The notes beneath the pieces are model-generated. The model was not told where the DNA came from. It made no database searches and was given only the letters and a program-made list of their open reading frames with translations. From NCBI GenBank assembly GCA_965214935.1, contig CBDCCS010000014.1, forward strand, positions 1-64,000: 64,000 nt of DNA, in the 5' to 3' direction. A program made the position numbers and the translations under genes. Shown piece after piece: positions 38,704-49,200 of the stretch; within the stretch, counting starts at the first letter, position 1; every line of letters starts with the position of its first letter. The stretch comes from Candidatus Velthaea sp. GTDB lineage: Bacteria; Vulcanimicrobiota; Vulcanimicrobiia; Vulcanimicrobiales; Vulcanimicrobiaceae.

Positions 38704-41544
38704 ATGCGGGCAATGTGGGCTACATTAACGCTGCGATCGATCGCCGGCGCATTTATCGTTCTCTTTGCCACGTCGGCGGCATTTGCCGACGACGGCACGG
38801 CCGCTGCCGCGCAAGTGCAGTCATCGACGATTAGCGGTACGCTGCGAACGCCGGCCGGTGCGGCGGTCGGCGGTGCAACCGTGACGGCGACCGGGCCGAC
38901 ACGCGTAACGGCGACGAGCGATCCGACCGGCGCGTTCAATCTTGCCGTGTCGCCCGGATTGTACCGCGTTGTCGTCACAAAGCCCGGCTATACCACCGCC
39001 TCGACGAGCGACGTCGTCATCACCGCCGGCACGACGACGCCGCTCAGCGTCGTGATCGGCGAGCAGAATCTGACCACGTTGCGGACCATTGGTTCGGTGA
39101 CGACGTCAGGTCGCGCGGGTGCAACGATCAATACCGGAGCAGCGACGCAGTCGTTTGTTTCGGGACAAGAATTCGCGCAAGTCGCTAATCCGCAAGTCAA
39201 CGACGTGTTGCAGCGCATTCCCGACGTGGTCGTGCAAAAGCTCGGCACGCAAGCCGACACGTCGATCGTCGTCGGCGGACTGCAGCCGTATGAAACGCAA
39301 GTGCTCATCGACGGTCATCCCATTGCGCTGGGTCAATACGGCGTTTGGCTCAGCCAGTACTTTCCGTCTTTTCTCATCGGCGGCGTGGAAACTCAATCGG
39401 GACCGGGCAACACGACGCCGTTTGCCAACATTGCCGTCGGCGGAACCGTCAATCTCGGCACGATCGATTTCACCAAGCGTCAAACGGCGGAACTCACGAC
39501 CGGCATCGATACCTTCGGTTCGCAGTATAGCGATGCGATCGTTACCGGTTCGGTTAAGAAATTTGATTACGTCGTCGGGCTCGGCACGGCCGGCAACAAC
39601 GGTTATTATTACGGCAAGACCGCCTGCGATATGTACATTTCCGATGGCTTCAATCAAAACACGCCGACGTCGGCCGGGATCATCTCTTTTTGCAGTGATT
39701 TTAGCGGTTCGCTCGTCACGCACGGGCAGCTGTACAAATTGCGCTACGATTTTACGCCGAGCACCTCGCTCGACGTCAATTTTCTCGGTTCGTACGGCGG
39801 TTACTCGCCGCAGGGCTCGGCATGGGGCGCTTCATACGGACCGTCGCTCGTCGAGAAGTGCATTCCAACCACGCAGCTCTGCACCAATCCGAACGACGCT
39901 TATCTCATCGGAAAAACCGTCAACGCCTACTACTGGTTCCCCGGAACGAACATCACGAACGTGCAGCAGCTGTTCTCGGGCCAATTACGCTCGGCGATCG
40001 GCACGAACACGCTGCTCGTCCGCCCGTACATCGGCACGATTACGCCCGAAACCTATAACGGCACGGGCGAGGGTGAGTATCCGGCATTCTTCGGTCCGGC
40101 CCCGGGCGACCCGAACTATCCCGGACCGCAGTCGATCGCGCCCGGCACGCAAATACCGGCGGCCGGCTTAGCCGCTCCGAATACGTTTGAAAGCGCGACC
40201 TGTCCGGTCGGTACGATTTTCTCTTTCAATCAAATTAATAGTACGAAGAACACAATTAACTCGGTCAACGGCCAAGAGACGTGCTATCAGTATCCGTACA
40301 GCACTTCGGAGATCGATAAGCTTTACGGCTCGACGTTCTCGCTGATCCATCCGGTCGGCACGGGCTTCATCGATCTGACCTACGACTATCACGGACAGAG
40401 CACATTTGCGTATGCGAATGCTCCCACCAACGTCCAAGTACCATTTTCGTCGACGCGCTACTCGACATTTTCGCTGACCGGGACGCTCAAGCCGATCGAG
40501 CCGTTGGCGATTAATTTCGGTTTATATCAAACCCAGTGGACGGCAGCGGGTGCAACCCCCGTCCTCGACGCGACCGGTGTCGCCGTAACCGATTCGTCCG
40601 GCAACATCGTCAATACCGGCCTGCAGCGTTCGGTCTCGCGGTTCGATCCGCATATTGCCTTCGCGTACCGGGCTTCCGCCGATTGGGCGGTGCGCGCCGC
40701 CGCCGGTACATCCGAAACGTTTCCGTTCATCGGCGACGTCAGCGGCCCGCAGGCGGTGCAGCCGCCGGCGTTCTTATACACGGCCGGTATCATCACGCTT
40801 AAAAACCCGAATCTGCAGCCGGAATATTCCAGCGCATATAGTCTGGGGTTCGATCACCGTTTTGCCAATCGTTCCGTCCTGAGTCTCGATCTGCAAGACT
40901 CGACGGTTCATAACGTCTTTCAGCAACTCGCGACGCAGCAAACGACGGCTGCCGGCGTGCTCGGTATTTTTAAGCCGATCAACGTCGCGCGGCTGCAAGC
41001 GAAACTCGCGACCCTCAAGTATGTCTACGCGCCGCGGCGCGGTTTCGGCTTCAACGCCGCCGCAACGGCGGATAGTTCGATTCTCTCGGGCATTCCGGCA
41101 ACCGCCTACACCGGCACGCCGGCACTGCCGGCGAACAACGTGCAAGTCTGCGGCAACGCTGCATTCACTCCGGGCCTCGCGACGTGCGATCCGTACCTCA
41201 AGGGCTACGGGCAAGTCAACTACACGTTCCACGACGGCACGTTTTTGAGTTTCGGGGTTGATTACGAAGGCAAGAACAATGCCTACTATCAACCGCCGTT
41301 TGCCATCGCCGATATGGCGTTGCGCATCCCCGTTTCGCGCACGTTCGACTTCAATCTATCGGTTGAAAATCTTTTCAATAATAACACGTTCGATTATTTG
41401 CCCGCACCGAATGCGGGTGTTCCGGCAGTCGGCGATTACCAAGCCGCCGATGGATCGATCCAACAAGCGTCGTATTCGACGTACCGCATACCGGCCGTGA
41501 CGCGGACGTTGCGGCTTTCCGTCCGCGCGCACGTCGGCCGATGA
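38704..41544 (+). CDS. TonB-dependent receptor, paralog 2
   Basis: Collinear with 32139..35024 (shared QPYETQ.LIDGHP, NTTPFANIAVGGTVNL, PYLKGYGQ, YEGKNN); signal peptide. Confidence 0.85.
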   Translation: MRAMWATLTLRSIAGAFIVLFATSAAFADDGTAAAAQVQSSTISGTLRTPAGAAVGGATVTATGPTRVTATSDPTGAFNLAVSPGLYRVVVTKPGYTTASTSDVVITAGTTTPLSVVIGEQNLTTLRTIGSVTTSGRAGATINTGAATQSFVSGQEFAQVANPQVNDVLQRIPDVVVQKLGTQADTSIVVGGLQPYETQVLIDGHPIALGQYGVWLSQYFPSFLIGGVETQSGPGNTTPFANIAVGGTVNLGTIDFTKRQTAELTTGIDTFGSQYSDAIVTGSVKKFDYVVGLGTAGNNGYYYGKTACDMYISDGFNQNTPTSAGIISFCSDFSGSLVTHGQLYKLRYDFTPSTSLDVNFLGSYGGYSPQGSAWGASYGPSLVEKCIPTTQLCTNPNDAYLIGKTVNAYYWFPGTNITNVQQLFSGQLRSAIGTNTLLVRPYIGTITPETYNGTGEGEYPAFFGPAPGDPNYPGPQSIAPGTQIPAAGLAAPNTFESATCPVGTIFSFNQINSTKNTINSVNGQETCYQYPYSTSEIDKLYGSTFSLIHPVGTGFIDLTYDYHGQSTFAYANAPTNVQVPFSSTRYSTFSLTGTLKPIEPLAINFGLYQTQWTAAGATPVLDATGVAVTDSSGNIVNTGLQRSVSRFDPHIAFAYRASADWAVRAAAGTSETFPFIGDVSGPQAVQPPAFLYTAGIITLKNPNLQPEYSSAYSLGFDHRFANRSVLSLDLQDSTVHNVFQQLATQQTTAAGVLGIFKPINVARLQAKLATLKYVYAPRRGFGFNAAATADSSILSGIPATAYTGTPALPANNVQVCGNAAFTPGLATCDPYLKGYGQVNYTFHDGTFLSFGVDYEGKNNAYYQPPFAIADMALRIPVSRTFDFNLSVENLFNNNTFDYLPAPNAGVPAVGDYQAADGSIQQASYSTYRIPAVTRTLRLSVRAHVGR

Positions 41545-42902
41545 TCGCGGCGCGCGGTCCGGTCGACCGGTTTTTCGGCATCGCGCGGGCCTGCTCGACG
41601 ATCCCGCGCGAAGTGCGCGCCGGCCTTACGACATTCTTGACGATGTCGTACGTGCTGTTCGTCAATCCGTTGATTCTCGGCAATGCCATTCCAATTCCGG
41701 ACGCGTTTCCAAAGTTGCTGGTCGTTACGGCGTTAGCGGCGGCAATCGGTTCGCTCTTGATGGCGTTCGTCGCGCGCTATCCGTTCGCGCAAGCACCCGG
41801 CATGGGGCTCAATGCGTACTTTGCCTACACCGTTGTTTTGGGGCAAAAGATTCCCTATCAGACCGCGCTCGGCGCCGTCTTCATCTCCGGCCTGATCTTC
41901 GTCATTCTGTCGCTGATCGGCGCCCGTCAAGCCGTCGTTCGCGCGATTCCCGCTCCGCTCAAGATTGCCGTGACCGCCGGTATCGGGATGTTCCTCGCAT
42001 TTCTAGGGCTGAAAAACGCGGGGTTAGTCGTTTCGAATCCGGCCACGTTCGTCGCGCTCGGCTCGTTGACGGCGGCACCCGCGTTAATTGCAATTTTCGG
42101 CTTCGCGGTGACGACCGTGCTGCTCGTTCGGCGCATCCCCGCAGCTATTGTGTACGGCATACTTGCATCCGCGCTGCTTGCAATCGTAACGCACGCCGCC
42201 GTCTATCCCGGACCGCACGAGACGCTGCTCCCCTTCGGCGGTTTACCCAACGGCGTCGTCGCTTTGCCGGTCTGGCCCGGCGGGCTCGTCGGTGCTTTGG
42301 ATCTGCGCGCCGCACTTGGGCTGGGCGTCGTAACCGTCGTGTTCACGTTTTTTCTCGTCGATTTCTTCGATGCAACCGGGACGCTGGTCGGTCTTGCGAG
42401 TCGCGCCGGTTTCCTGTCCGCCGACGGCGACATGCCGCGCGCCCGAGCAACTTTCACTTGCGACGGCTTAGCCGCGATGATCGGTGCCGCGCTTGGCACC
42501 AGCACGACGACGGCCTACATTGAGAGCGCCAGCGGCATCGAGGAAGGCGGCCGCACCGGTCTCACGGCGGCGACCGTCGGCGTGCTGTTCCTCGCAGCGA
42601 TGCTCCTGTGGCCGATTGCCGGTGCCATTCCGGCGGCCGCCACCGCGCCGGCGCTCATCGTCGTCGGCGCGCTCATGCTCGAGCGGATCCGCGAGATCGC
42701 ACTCGACGACTACGCCGTCGCCATTCCGGTCTTTTTAACGATCGTCGCGATGCCGCTTACGTTCTCGATTGCCAACGGTGTGAGCTTCGGCGTCATCAGC
42801 TATGCGGCACTTAAATTACTGAGCGGCCGAGGTCGCGAGGTCGATCCGCTGCTGTATGGCGTTGCCGTGCTGCTCGTTGCGAGATACGTTTGGCTCGGCT
42901 AA
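41541..42902 (+). CDS. NCS2/AzgA-like purine permease (PbuG/PbuO-like)
   Basis: EVRAGLTTFLTMSY, APGMGLNAYF, DFFDATGTL, AYIESASGIEEGGRTG. Confidence 0.93.
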   Translation: MIAARGPVDRFFGIARACSTIPREVRAGLTTFLTMSYVLFVNPLILGNAIPIPDAFPKLLVVTALAAAIGSLLMAFVARYPFAQAPGMGLNAYFAYTVVLGQKIPYQTALGAVFISGLIFVILSLIGARQAVVRAIPAPLKIAVTAGIGMFLAFLGLKNAGLVVSNPATFVALGSLTAAPALIAIFGFAVTTVLLVRRIPAAIVYGILASALLAIVTHAAVYPGPHETLLPFGGLPNGVVALPVWPGGLVGALDLRAALGLGVVTVVFTFFLVDFFDATGTLVGLASRAGFLSADGDMPRARATFTCDGLAAMIGAALGTSTTTAYIESASGIEEGGRTGLTAATVGVLFLAAMLLWPIAGAIPAAATAPALIVVGALMLERIREIALDDYAVAIPVFLTIVAMPLTFSIANGVSFGVISYAALKLLSGRGREVDPLLYGVAVLLVARYVWLG

Positions 42903-44248
42903 GCGCGCGTTACCCGCAACACGATCGGTCGCTCCGGCCGTAACGTTGCGTGGGCGCCGATTCCGACCGGCGCACCGCCGACCGCGCGAAGTTGCCAGCG
43001 ACCGGCGATGGTTGCAAGTACGAGCGTTCCCTCCATTCGCGCGAATGCCTCACCGATACACAGACGCGCGCCGCCGCCGAATGGAAAGTAGGCGAACGCG
43101 GGCGGCTTGATCGTCGCCCAGCGTTGCGGCTCGAATTCGTCCGGGCGCGTGAACACGGCGGGATTGCGATGACTCACGTACGGACTTAAGAGAATGCCGT
43201 CACCGGCGGCAATGTCGTATCCGCCGAGCCGGCAGCTCTCGCGTGCACGCCGGCCGAACGCCGATGCCGGCGGATATAGCCGCAACGCTTCGGCAAAGAC
43301 ATTGGCCGTCAGCGTTAAGTGCGGCAGATCGCTCGGGCACACGTCGCGCCCGGCGGCGACGCCGGCCACTTCGTTTGCAACGCGCTGCGCGAGTGCCGGA
43401 TCGCGAGCGAGCGCATACCACGACCACGTTAATGCGTTGGCCGTCGTTTCATGACCGGCGAGTAAAACCGTAACGAGCTCGGCGGCGATGGTTTCCGCTG
43501 CGAGCGGCGCGCCGTTCGCGTCGCGCGCGGCAAGCAGCAGCGTCAGCAGTGTTTGCGGGGCGCCGGATCCCGACCGTTCATCGATTGCGCGCTGCACGAT
43601 CGCGGCCATTGCACGGCGCGCTTGAGCGAGTTGCGCGTTGACCGGTAACGGTAATGCAAGCCGCACCTCATCCGCCCACGCCGGCAGCGCTTCGAGGACC
43701 GGGCCGAGCCAGGATACGATGCGCATGGCATCCGCAAGCGTTGCTTCGAGCGCTTCGGTCCGATTTCGCGTATCCGCACCAAGCAACGCGCGGCCCACGA
43801 TCGCCAGCGCAAGCCGTACCATCGCGGCTCCGATATCGATATGCTCGCCGTCGCGCCAGGTGCCTGAAGCGGCAAGCGTTTCTTCGACCATCGCGTTGCC
43901 GTAACTGACGATGCGCTGCGCGTGAAATGCCGGCTGCACCAAGCGGCGCTGTTCGCGATGCCGCGGTTCATCGACCGTGAGCATACTCGTGCCGAGTAGA
44001 TCGCTTAACACCGCAGCACCGTTGGCCTTGCCGAAACGATGTTGCTGAACGACGAGCACCTCACGCACGAGTTCGGGCGCCGTTACGAGGTGTAAGCGCC
44101 GGCCCAAAATCGTGAACGATGCAATCGGTCCGTAACGCGCTGAAACGTGTTGAAAATAGTTTAGTGTCCGGGCGAACGAACCGCCGCCGAAAAAGCGCAA
44201 GACGTCAAGGCCGCGCGGTCCGGGCGGCACGCGCCGGGCGTGCGTCAT
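42899..44248 (-). CDS. Cytochrome P450
   Basis: AGHETT I-helix, EALR (ExxR), heme motif FGGGARLCIG. Confidence 0.95.
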   Translation of the reverse strand: MTHARRVPPGPRGLDVLRFFGGGSFARTLNYFQHVSARYGPIASFTILGRRLHLVTAPELVREVLVVQQHRFGKANGAAVLSDLLGTSMLTVDEPRHREQRRLVQPAFHAQRIVSYGNAMVEETLAASGTWRDGEHIDIGAAMVRLALAIVGRALLGADTRNRTEALEATLADAMRIVSWLGPVLEALPAWADEVRLALPLPVNAQLAQARRAMAAIVQRAIDERSGSGAPQTLLTLLLAARDANGAPLAAETIAAELVTVLLAGHETTANALTWSWYALARDPALAQRVANEVAGVAAGRDVCPSDLPHLTLTANVFAEALRLYPPASAFGRRARESCRLGGYDIAAGDGILLSPYVSHRNPAVFTRPDEFEPQRWATIKPPAFAYFPFGGGARLCIGEAFARMEGTLVLATIAGRWQLRAVGGAPVGIGAHATLRPERPIVLRVTRA

Positions 44249-44319
44249 ACGACTGCATTCGACGCCGTTTCCCCGCGAACCGGCGCGTAGCCGGCAGCCG
44301 GCCGGGGAACGAACGGACA

Positions 44320-45255
44320 ATGACTGCAGCAACACCGCCTGCCACTTCCGCCGTTCCCAAGCGTCGCCTCGGTCGGACGAACGAGCATGTCTCGATGATC
44401 GGAATGGGCGGCTTCCACATCGGGCATCCCTATTTGCCTGATGACGACATGATCAAGCTGATGCATTCCGCGATCGATCGCGGTATCACGTTTCTCGATA
44501 ACGCGTGGGACTACAATTCGGGAATGAGCGAACTTCGCATGGGTCGCGCACTGAGCGTCTACGGCTATCGCGATCGTGTTTTCCTCATGACGAAGATCGA
44601 CGGCCGCACGAAAGAAGCATTCGACACGCAACTCGACGAGTCGCTCGCGCGGCTATTGACGGATCACCTCGATCTGGTTCAATTTCACGAGAACATTCGG
44701 CCCGACGACGCCGATCGGATCTTCGCGCCGGGCGGCGCATTCGAGGCCGCACTTGCCGCCAAGAAAGCCGGCAAGGTCCGCTTTATCGGATTCACCGGTC
44801 ACAAAGATCCGAACTATCACTTGCACATGCTGGACCTTGCAGCGCAGCATGATTTCACATTCGATACCGTGCAGATGCCGCTCAATATCTTTGACGCACA
44901 CTTTAATAGTTTCGAGAAGCTTGTTTTACCGGCCGCTCAAAAGCTCGACATGGGCATCTTAGCAATGAAGACGTTCGGCGATTCGAATCTGCTTGAAGCG
45001 GGCGTCGTCGACCCGATCGACATGCTGCACTACAGCATGAACTTACCGACCAGCGTGGTGATTACCGGGATCGACAAGCCCGACGTGCTCGATCAAGCCG
45101 TCAGCGCGGCAACGACGTTCGCGCCACTGACGCCCGACAAAGTCGCCGCCATTCTTGCCAAGAGCGCCGAGCTCGCGCGCGATGGTTCGTACGAGCGCTA
45201 TAAAACATCGCGGTTTTTTGATAGCACGTTTCAAAATCCAAGCTGGCTCGGCTAA
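44320..45255 (+). CDS. Aldo/keto reductase
   Basis: RRLGRT, FLDNAWDY, FLMTK, DLVQFH, GKVRFIGFTGH. Confidence 0.9.
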   Translation: MTAATPPATSAVPKRRLGRTNEHVSMIGMGGFHIGHPYLPDDDMIKLMHSAIDRGITFLDNAWDYNSGMSELRMGRALSVYGYRDRVFLMTKIDGRTKEAFDTQLDESLARLLTDHLDLVQFHENIRPDDADRIFAPGGAFEAALAAKKAGKVRFIGFTGHKDPNYHLHMLDLAAQHDFTFDTVQMPLNIFDAHFNSFEKLVLPAAQKLDMGILAMKTFGDSNLLEAGVVDPIDMLHYSMNLPTSVVITGIDKPDVLDQAVSAATTFAPLTPDKVAAILAKSAELARDGSYERYKTSRFFDSTFQNPSWLG

Positions 45256-45376
45256 GCGGCGCCGGGCACCGAAGCGCTCGGCACACGCCATACGGCCAAA
45301 GTCGGCCGCGGGCTGACGGCCGAAAGTTTTCCCGATGGCAAGGCAACTGCTCTTCCCCGATGATGACGCAACCAAA

Positions 45377-45574
45377 GTGAAACCGGGAACGACCGCGTTA
45401 TCGATCGCAATCGCACTCGTTCCGGTCTTGGCCCTGACCCTCGGCATTCCGTTTGCCAATCGGATTGAACCGCGGATCGCGGGGCTGCCGTTTTTGCCGG
45501 TCTACATTGCGATCTGGATCGTGCTCACGCCGGCATTCATGTATGCGGTTTACCGCGTTGAAGGCCGGTCGTGA
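45377..45574 (+). CDS. DUF3311 small membrane protein (SSS partner)
   Basis: PFANRIEPRIAGLPF..W; two TM segments; overlaps the SSS gene start. Confidence 0.8.
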   Translation: MKPGTTALSIAIALVPVLALTLGIPFANRIEPRIAGLPFLPVYIAIWIVLTPAFMYAVYRVEGRS

Positions 45575-47064
45575 ACGCGCTGGTCGCAATCGGTACGATT
45601 GCCGGGGTGCTCGCCTGTACGCTCGGCCTCGGCGTCTTCGGCGTTCGGCGCGTCAAGATGAGTGCCGAGCAGTTTATCGTCGGCGGCCGATCCTTCGGTG
45701 CCGTGTTCTTGTGGCTACTGCTGGCCGGCGAGATCTATACGAGCTTCGCCTTTTTGGGCGCCGCCGGTTGGGCGTACGGTCGCGGAGCGCCGGCGTTCTA
45801 TATCTTGTGTTACGGCACTCTGGCGTATATTCTCTCGTACTTTTTGTTGCCGCCGATCTGGCGACTTTCGCGGCGGCATAATTTCCTCACCGGCCCCGAT
45901 TTCTTCGTGCATCAGTATCAAAGTCGCCGGTTGGGCGCATTGGTGGCGCTCGTCGGCTTCGTGTTCCTGATACCATATGCAACCTTGCAGCTTACCGGCG
46001 TGCAAGTTTTGCTCAGCATCGCCGGTTACGGCGCGCTGAATTCGCTTGTCGCGGTCGGCATCGCGTTTCTGCTCGTCGTTGCATTCGTGTTCGCGACCGG
46101 TCTCTGCGGCGCCGCTTGGGCCAGCGTCGTCAAAGACGTGCTCGTCGTTGCCGCCGTTATTTTCGCCGGCGTCGTGTTACCGATCCGTTTTTTCGGCTCG
46201 CCCGCAGCGGTGGTCGATCGTCTCCTCGTCCAGCATCCGCATTGGCTGACGCTAAGCGGCGATCTATCCGGCAACGGCCTCGTCTGGTTTATCTCGACGG
46301 TGATGCTGACGGCAATGGGCTTCTACATGTGGCCGCAAAGCTTAGCGGCCGTTTACAGTGCGAACAGCGAAGACACGTTGCGCCGCAATGCAATTGCGCT
46401 GCCGGTGTATCAACTGATGTTTTTGTTCGTCTATTTAGCCGGCTTCACGGCGCTGCTCGTACTGCCCGGACTCAAAGGACCCGCAGTCGATCAATCGTTC
46501 ATGCTTGTCGTTCAAAAGTATTTTTCGCCGCTCATCTTGGGCGGCGTTGCCGCAGCCGGATGCCTCGCGGGCCTCGTGCCCGCGTCCGTTCAAATGCTTG
46601 CTGCAGCCAGTATCGTTTCAAAGAACATCCTCGGCGATACGCTGGGCATTGCAAGAACGGAAGAACAACAAACGCGCGCCACTCGCATCCTCGTGCTCGT
46701 CGTTGCGCTGTTTGCATTCTTATTTTGGGTGTTTGCGAAGACGACGCTCGTCGGTCTGCTACTCATCTCCTATAACGGCATCACCCAGCTCTTCCCGGGC
46801 GTCGTGCTGTCGTTCGCGCGCGTTCGGCCGAGCGCCGCGGGCGTCGCTGCCGGCATCGTCACCGGCGTTGCGGCGCTGGCAGCGTTTGCCGTAACCGGCA
46901 CAAGTATCATCGGCGGCATCAACAGCGGTATCGTCGCACTCGCACTCAACTTCGTGGTGACAGCCGCCGTTGGTTATACGTTCGGCGTACGCGGCGGCGC
47001 ACTCGCGCATCAGCAGTCGGAGAGTCGTCGGCCGACGCGAACTCGCCGCGGCGAATCGGCGTAA
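45571..47064 (+). CDS. Sodium:solute symporter (YhjB/MctP-like)
   Basis: FIVGGRSFG, LAGEIYTSFAFLG, about 13 TM segments. Confidence 0.9.
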   Translation: MNALVAIGTIAGVLACTLGLGVFGVRRVKMSAEQFIVGGRSFGAVFLWLLLAGEIYTSFAFLGAAGWAYGRGAPAFYILCYGTLAYILSYFLLPPIWRLSRRHNFLTGPDFFVHQYQSRRLGALVALVGFVFLIPYATLQLTGVQVLLSIAGYGALNSLVAVGIAFLLVVAFVFATGLCGAAWASVVKDVLVVAAVIFAGVVLPIRFFGSPAAVVDRLLVQHPHWLTLSGDLSGNGLVWFISTVMLTAMGFYMWPQSLAAVYSANSEDTLRRNAIALPVYQLMFLFVYLAGFTALLVLPGLKGPAVDQSFMLVVQKYFSPLILGGVAAAGCLAGLVPASVQMLAAASIVSKNILGDTLGIARTEEQQTRATRILVLVVALFAFLFWVFAKTTLVGLLLISYNGITQLFPGVVLSFARVRPSAAGVAAGIVTGVAALAAFAVTGTSIIGGINSGIVALALNFVVTAAVGYTFGVRGGALAHQQSESRRPTRTRRGESA

Positions 47065-47098
47065 AAACGAGCCGCTTGGAGAACGCCGACGCCGACGG

Positions 47099-47698
47099 TT
47101 ACGAGCGCAGCAGCGCCTGCGACTCGCGCACCATTGCAGCGAAATATGCGTGGACGCGACGGTCCGGTCCGAGTTCAGGATGGAACGACGTGCCCATCAC
47201 ATTGCGCTCGCGCACGAAGACACCGTGTTCCTGGTGCGTCGCAAGGACGTCGACATTCGGCCCGGCGCGTTCGATCCACGGCGCCCGGATGAAGATCGCC
47301 GGAAACGGCTCCGCTCCAAGCGCCGCAATATCGAGCGCAACTTCGGCCGAAGCGATCTGACGGCCGTACGCATTGCGGCGGACGGTGATATCGATGAGAT
47401 CGAGTGTTTCCTGTTCAATCCCCGCGACGTCGTGCGCGGCGACGATCATCCCCATGCACGTGCCCCACAGCGGCATTCCGGCGCGCACCCGCGCTTTGAT
47501 CGGCGCGCTCAAACCAAAGCGATGCAACAGCTTGATAACCGTCGTTGATTCGCCGCCGGGAATGATGAGCGCGTCGACGGCGTCGAGGTCGCGTTCGCTT
47601 TTGACCTCGACGGCCGGCGTTGCATTTGCGCGCAGTGCCGCAACGTGCTCGACGACATCGCCTTGCAGCGCCAAGACGCCGACGATCGGCTCGGGCAC
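47099..47698 (-). CDS. pdxT: PLP synthase glutaminase subunit
   Basis: GVLALQG, PGGESTT, GTCMG, RNAYGRQ, FIRAP, FHPEL. Confidence 0.96.
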   Translation of the reverse strand: MPEPIVGVLALQGDVVEHVAALRANATPAVEVKSERDLDAVDALIIPGGESTTVIKLLHRFGLSAPIKARVRAGMPLWGTCMGMIVAAHDVAGIEQETLDLIDITVRRNAYGRQIASAEVALDIAALGAEPFPAIFIRAPWIERAGPNVDVLATHQEHGVFVRERNVMGTSFHPELGPDRRVHAYFAAMVRESQALLRS

Positions 47699-47708
47699 GT
47701 GCGGCGCG

Positions 47709-48611
47709 CTAGTTACCGCGCTGGGCTAAGAGTTGATGCTCGGCAAGTTGCCGGATGTCGAGCCCGTCCATCGCTTTCGCTTCTTCGGGGATCGAGCTGT
47801 GCGCGGCCAAGACGACGGCCGGGTCGTTCCAGTGGGTCGTTGCATCGACGATTGCGCGCGCAAACGCTCTCGAGTCGGTCGACTTGAAGATACCGCTACC
47901 GACGAAGACGCCTTCGCTGCCCATGGCCATCATGAGCGCAGCGTCGGCCGGCGTGGCGACGCCGCCGGCGCAAAACAGCACGACCGGCAACTTTTTGTGC
48001 TCGGCGACGTACTGCACGAGATCGAGCGGCGCACCAAGATCGCGGGCGCGCGTTACGAGTTCTTCCTTAGGCACCGCCGACAGTTCGGCGATCGCGTCCC
48101 GGATCGAACGCATGTGGCGCACCGCCTCGACGATGTTACCGCTACCGGCCTCGCCCTTGCTGCGAATCATCGCAGCGCCTTCGGCGATGCGGCGCAACGC
48201 TTCGCCCAAATCTTTAGCACCGTTGACGAACGGCACGCTATAGGCGTGCTTATCGAGATGGTACTTGTCGTCGGCCGGCGTCAAGACTTCGGACTCGTCG
48301 ATATAGTCGACGCCGAGGGCTTCGAGTTGACGGGCTTCGCCCATGTGCCCGATGCGGACTTTGGCCATGACCGGAATGGTAACGGCGTCCATGATGCGCT
48401 TGATCAACGCCGGATGGCTCATGCGGGCAACGCCGCCCTCACGCCGGATGTCGGCCGGTATTTTCTCGAGCGCCATCACCGCGACCGCCCCTGCCTCTTG
48501 CGCGATGACGGCTTGCTCGGGCGTAACGACGTCCATGATAACGCCGCCCTTGAGCATCTGCGCTAAGCCGCGCTTAACGGTTACGGTCCCAATCTGCTTA
48601 TCCACGATCAT
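47709..48611 (-). CDS. pdxS: PLP synthase lyase subunit
   Basis: [31 protein letters not shown]. Confidence 0.97.
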   Translation of the reverse strand: MIVDKQIGTVTVKRGLAQMLKGGVIMDVVTPEQAVIAQEAGAVAVMALEKIPADIRREGGVARMSHPALIKRIMDAVTIPVMAKVRIGHMGEARQLEALGVDYIDESEVLTPADDKYHLDKHAYSVPFVNGAKDLGEALRRIAEGAAMIRSKGEAGSGNIVEAVRHMRSIRDAIAELSAVPKEELVTRARDLGAPLDLVQYVAEHKKLPVVLFCAGGVATPADAALMMAMGSEGVFVGSGIFKSTDSRAFARAIVDATTHWNDPAVVLAAHSSIPEEAKAMDGLDIRQLAEHQLLAQRGN

Positions 48612-48705
48612 CCCTCATCTTCATCGGCGCCGGCGCACGCATAGCGCGCGGAACTCCCTCTATCATACCTCGCCGCCCTATGCGAACAATAGGAACAATG
48701 TCGGA

Positions 48706-49200
48706 CTACGGCGTTGTCGAGCTTGCCGGCACCGGGGTCACCGGAGGTATGCCTTGCGGGTACCCGTTCACATCCGGAGGTTCGGTATCGACTTCGTCCG
48801 GCGCGTGCGATGCAATTGGTATCGGCAATGCCGGCGACGTGTATAGAGGCCGCTTGTCGGGCGCGTCGGTTGCAACGGCGGCTTCCGGGGAGGGCGGTTC
48901 GAGCGTCGGATTCGGGGTGGGACGCGGCGTCGGCGTGGGCCGCGGCGTCGCCCGCGGGTCCGGAAATGCCGGATCCGTCGCGACGCTCACCACTTGTTCG
49001 TGTTTCCAGTTACGGGCGGCAATCGGATCGTCGCGCGACGGCGGAACCGGCGTCATGAGAAAGCTGGCCACGGTCGTGCGCTGCTCGGTGGCCTGCCGCA
49101 AGACCCGATCGCCCAAGCGCTGGCCGACCGCAATCGCGGCCAGCAAAAGTAAACCGCCGCCGATGAGCAGCAGCGACGTCGCCGGACGCCGGCTACGCAT
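48706..49200 (-). CDS. Membrane-anchored Pro/Thr-rich hypothetical protein
   Basis: N-terminal TM segment; WKHEQVVSVATDPAFPDPR; PTPTPRPTP linker. Start overlaps the GalT-like stop. Confidence 0.65.
   Translation of the reverse strand: MRSRRPATSLLLIGGGLLLLAAIAVGQRLGDRVLRQATEQRTTVASFLMTPVPPSRDDPIAARNWKHEQVVSVATDPAFPDPRATPRPTPTPRPTPNPTLEPPSPEAAVATDAPDKRPLYTSPALPIPIASHAPDEVDTEPPDVNGYPQGIPPVTPVPASSTTP

Noticed and set aside
42899..45255. P450 + AKR + 2OG oxygenase as a secondary-metabolite cluster
   Set aside because: The genes are in different orientations, and no scaffold-forming enzyme or precursor peptide is nearby.
45256..45335. Hairpins upstream of DUF3311-SSS as a riboswitch
   Set aside because: GC-rich stems that are explained as an AKR terminator or by chance; no recognisable aptamer.
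48915..48960. Tandem GGCGTCG/GGCGTGG repeats
   Set aside because: They simply encode the Pro-Thr linker of the membrane protein.
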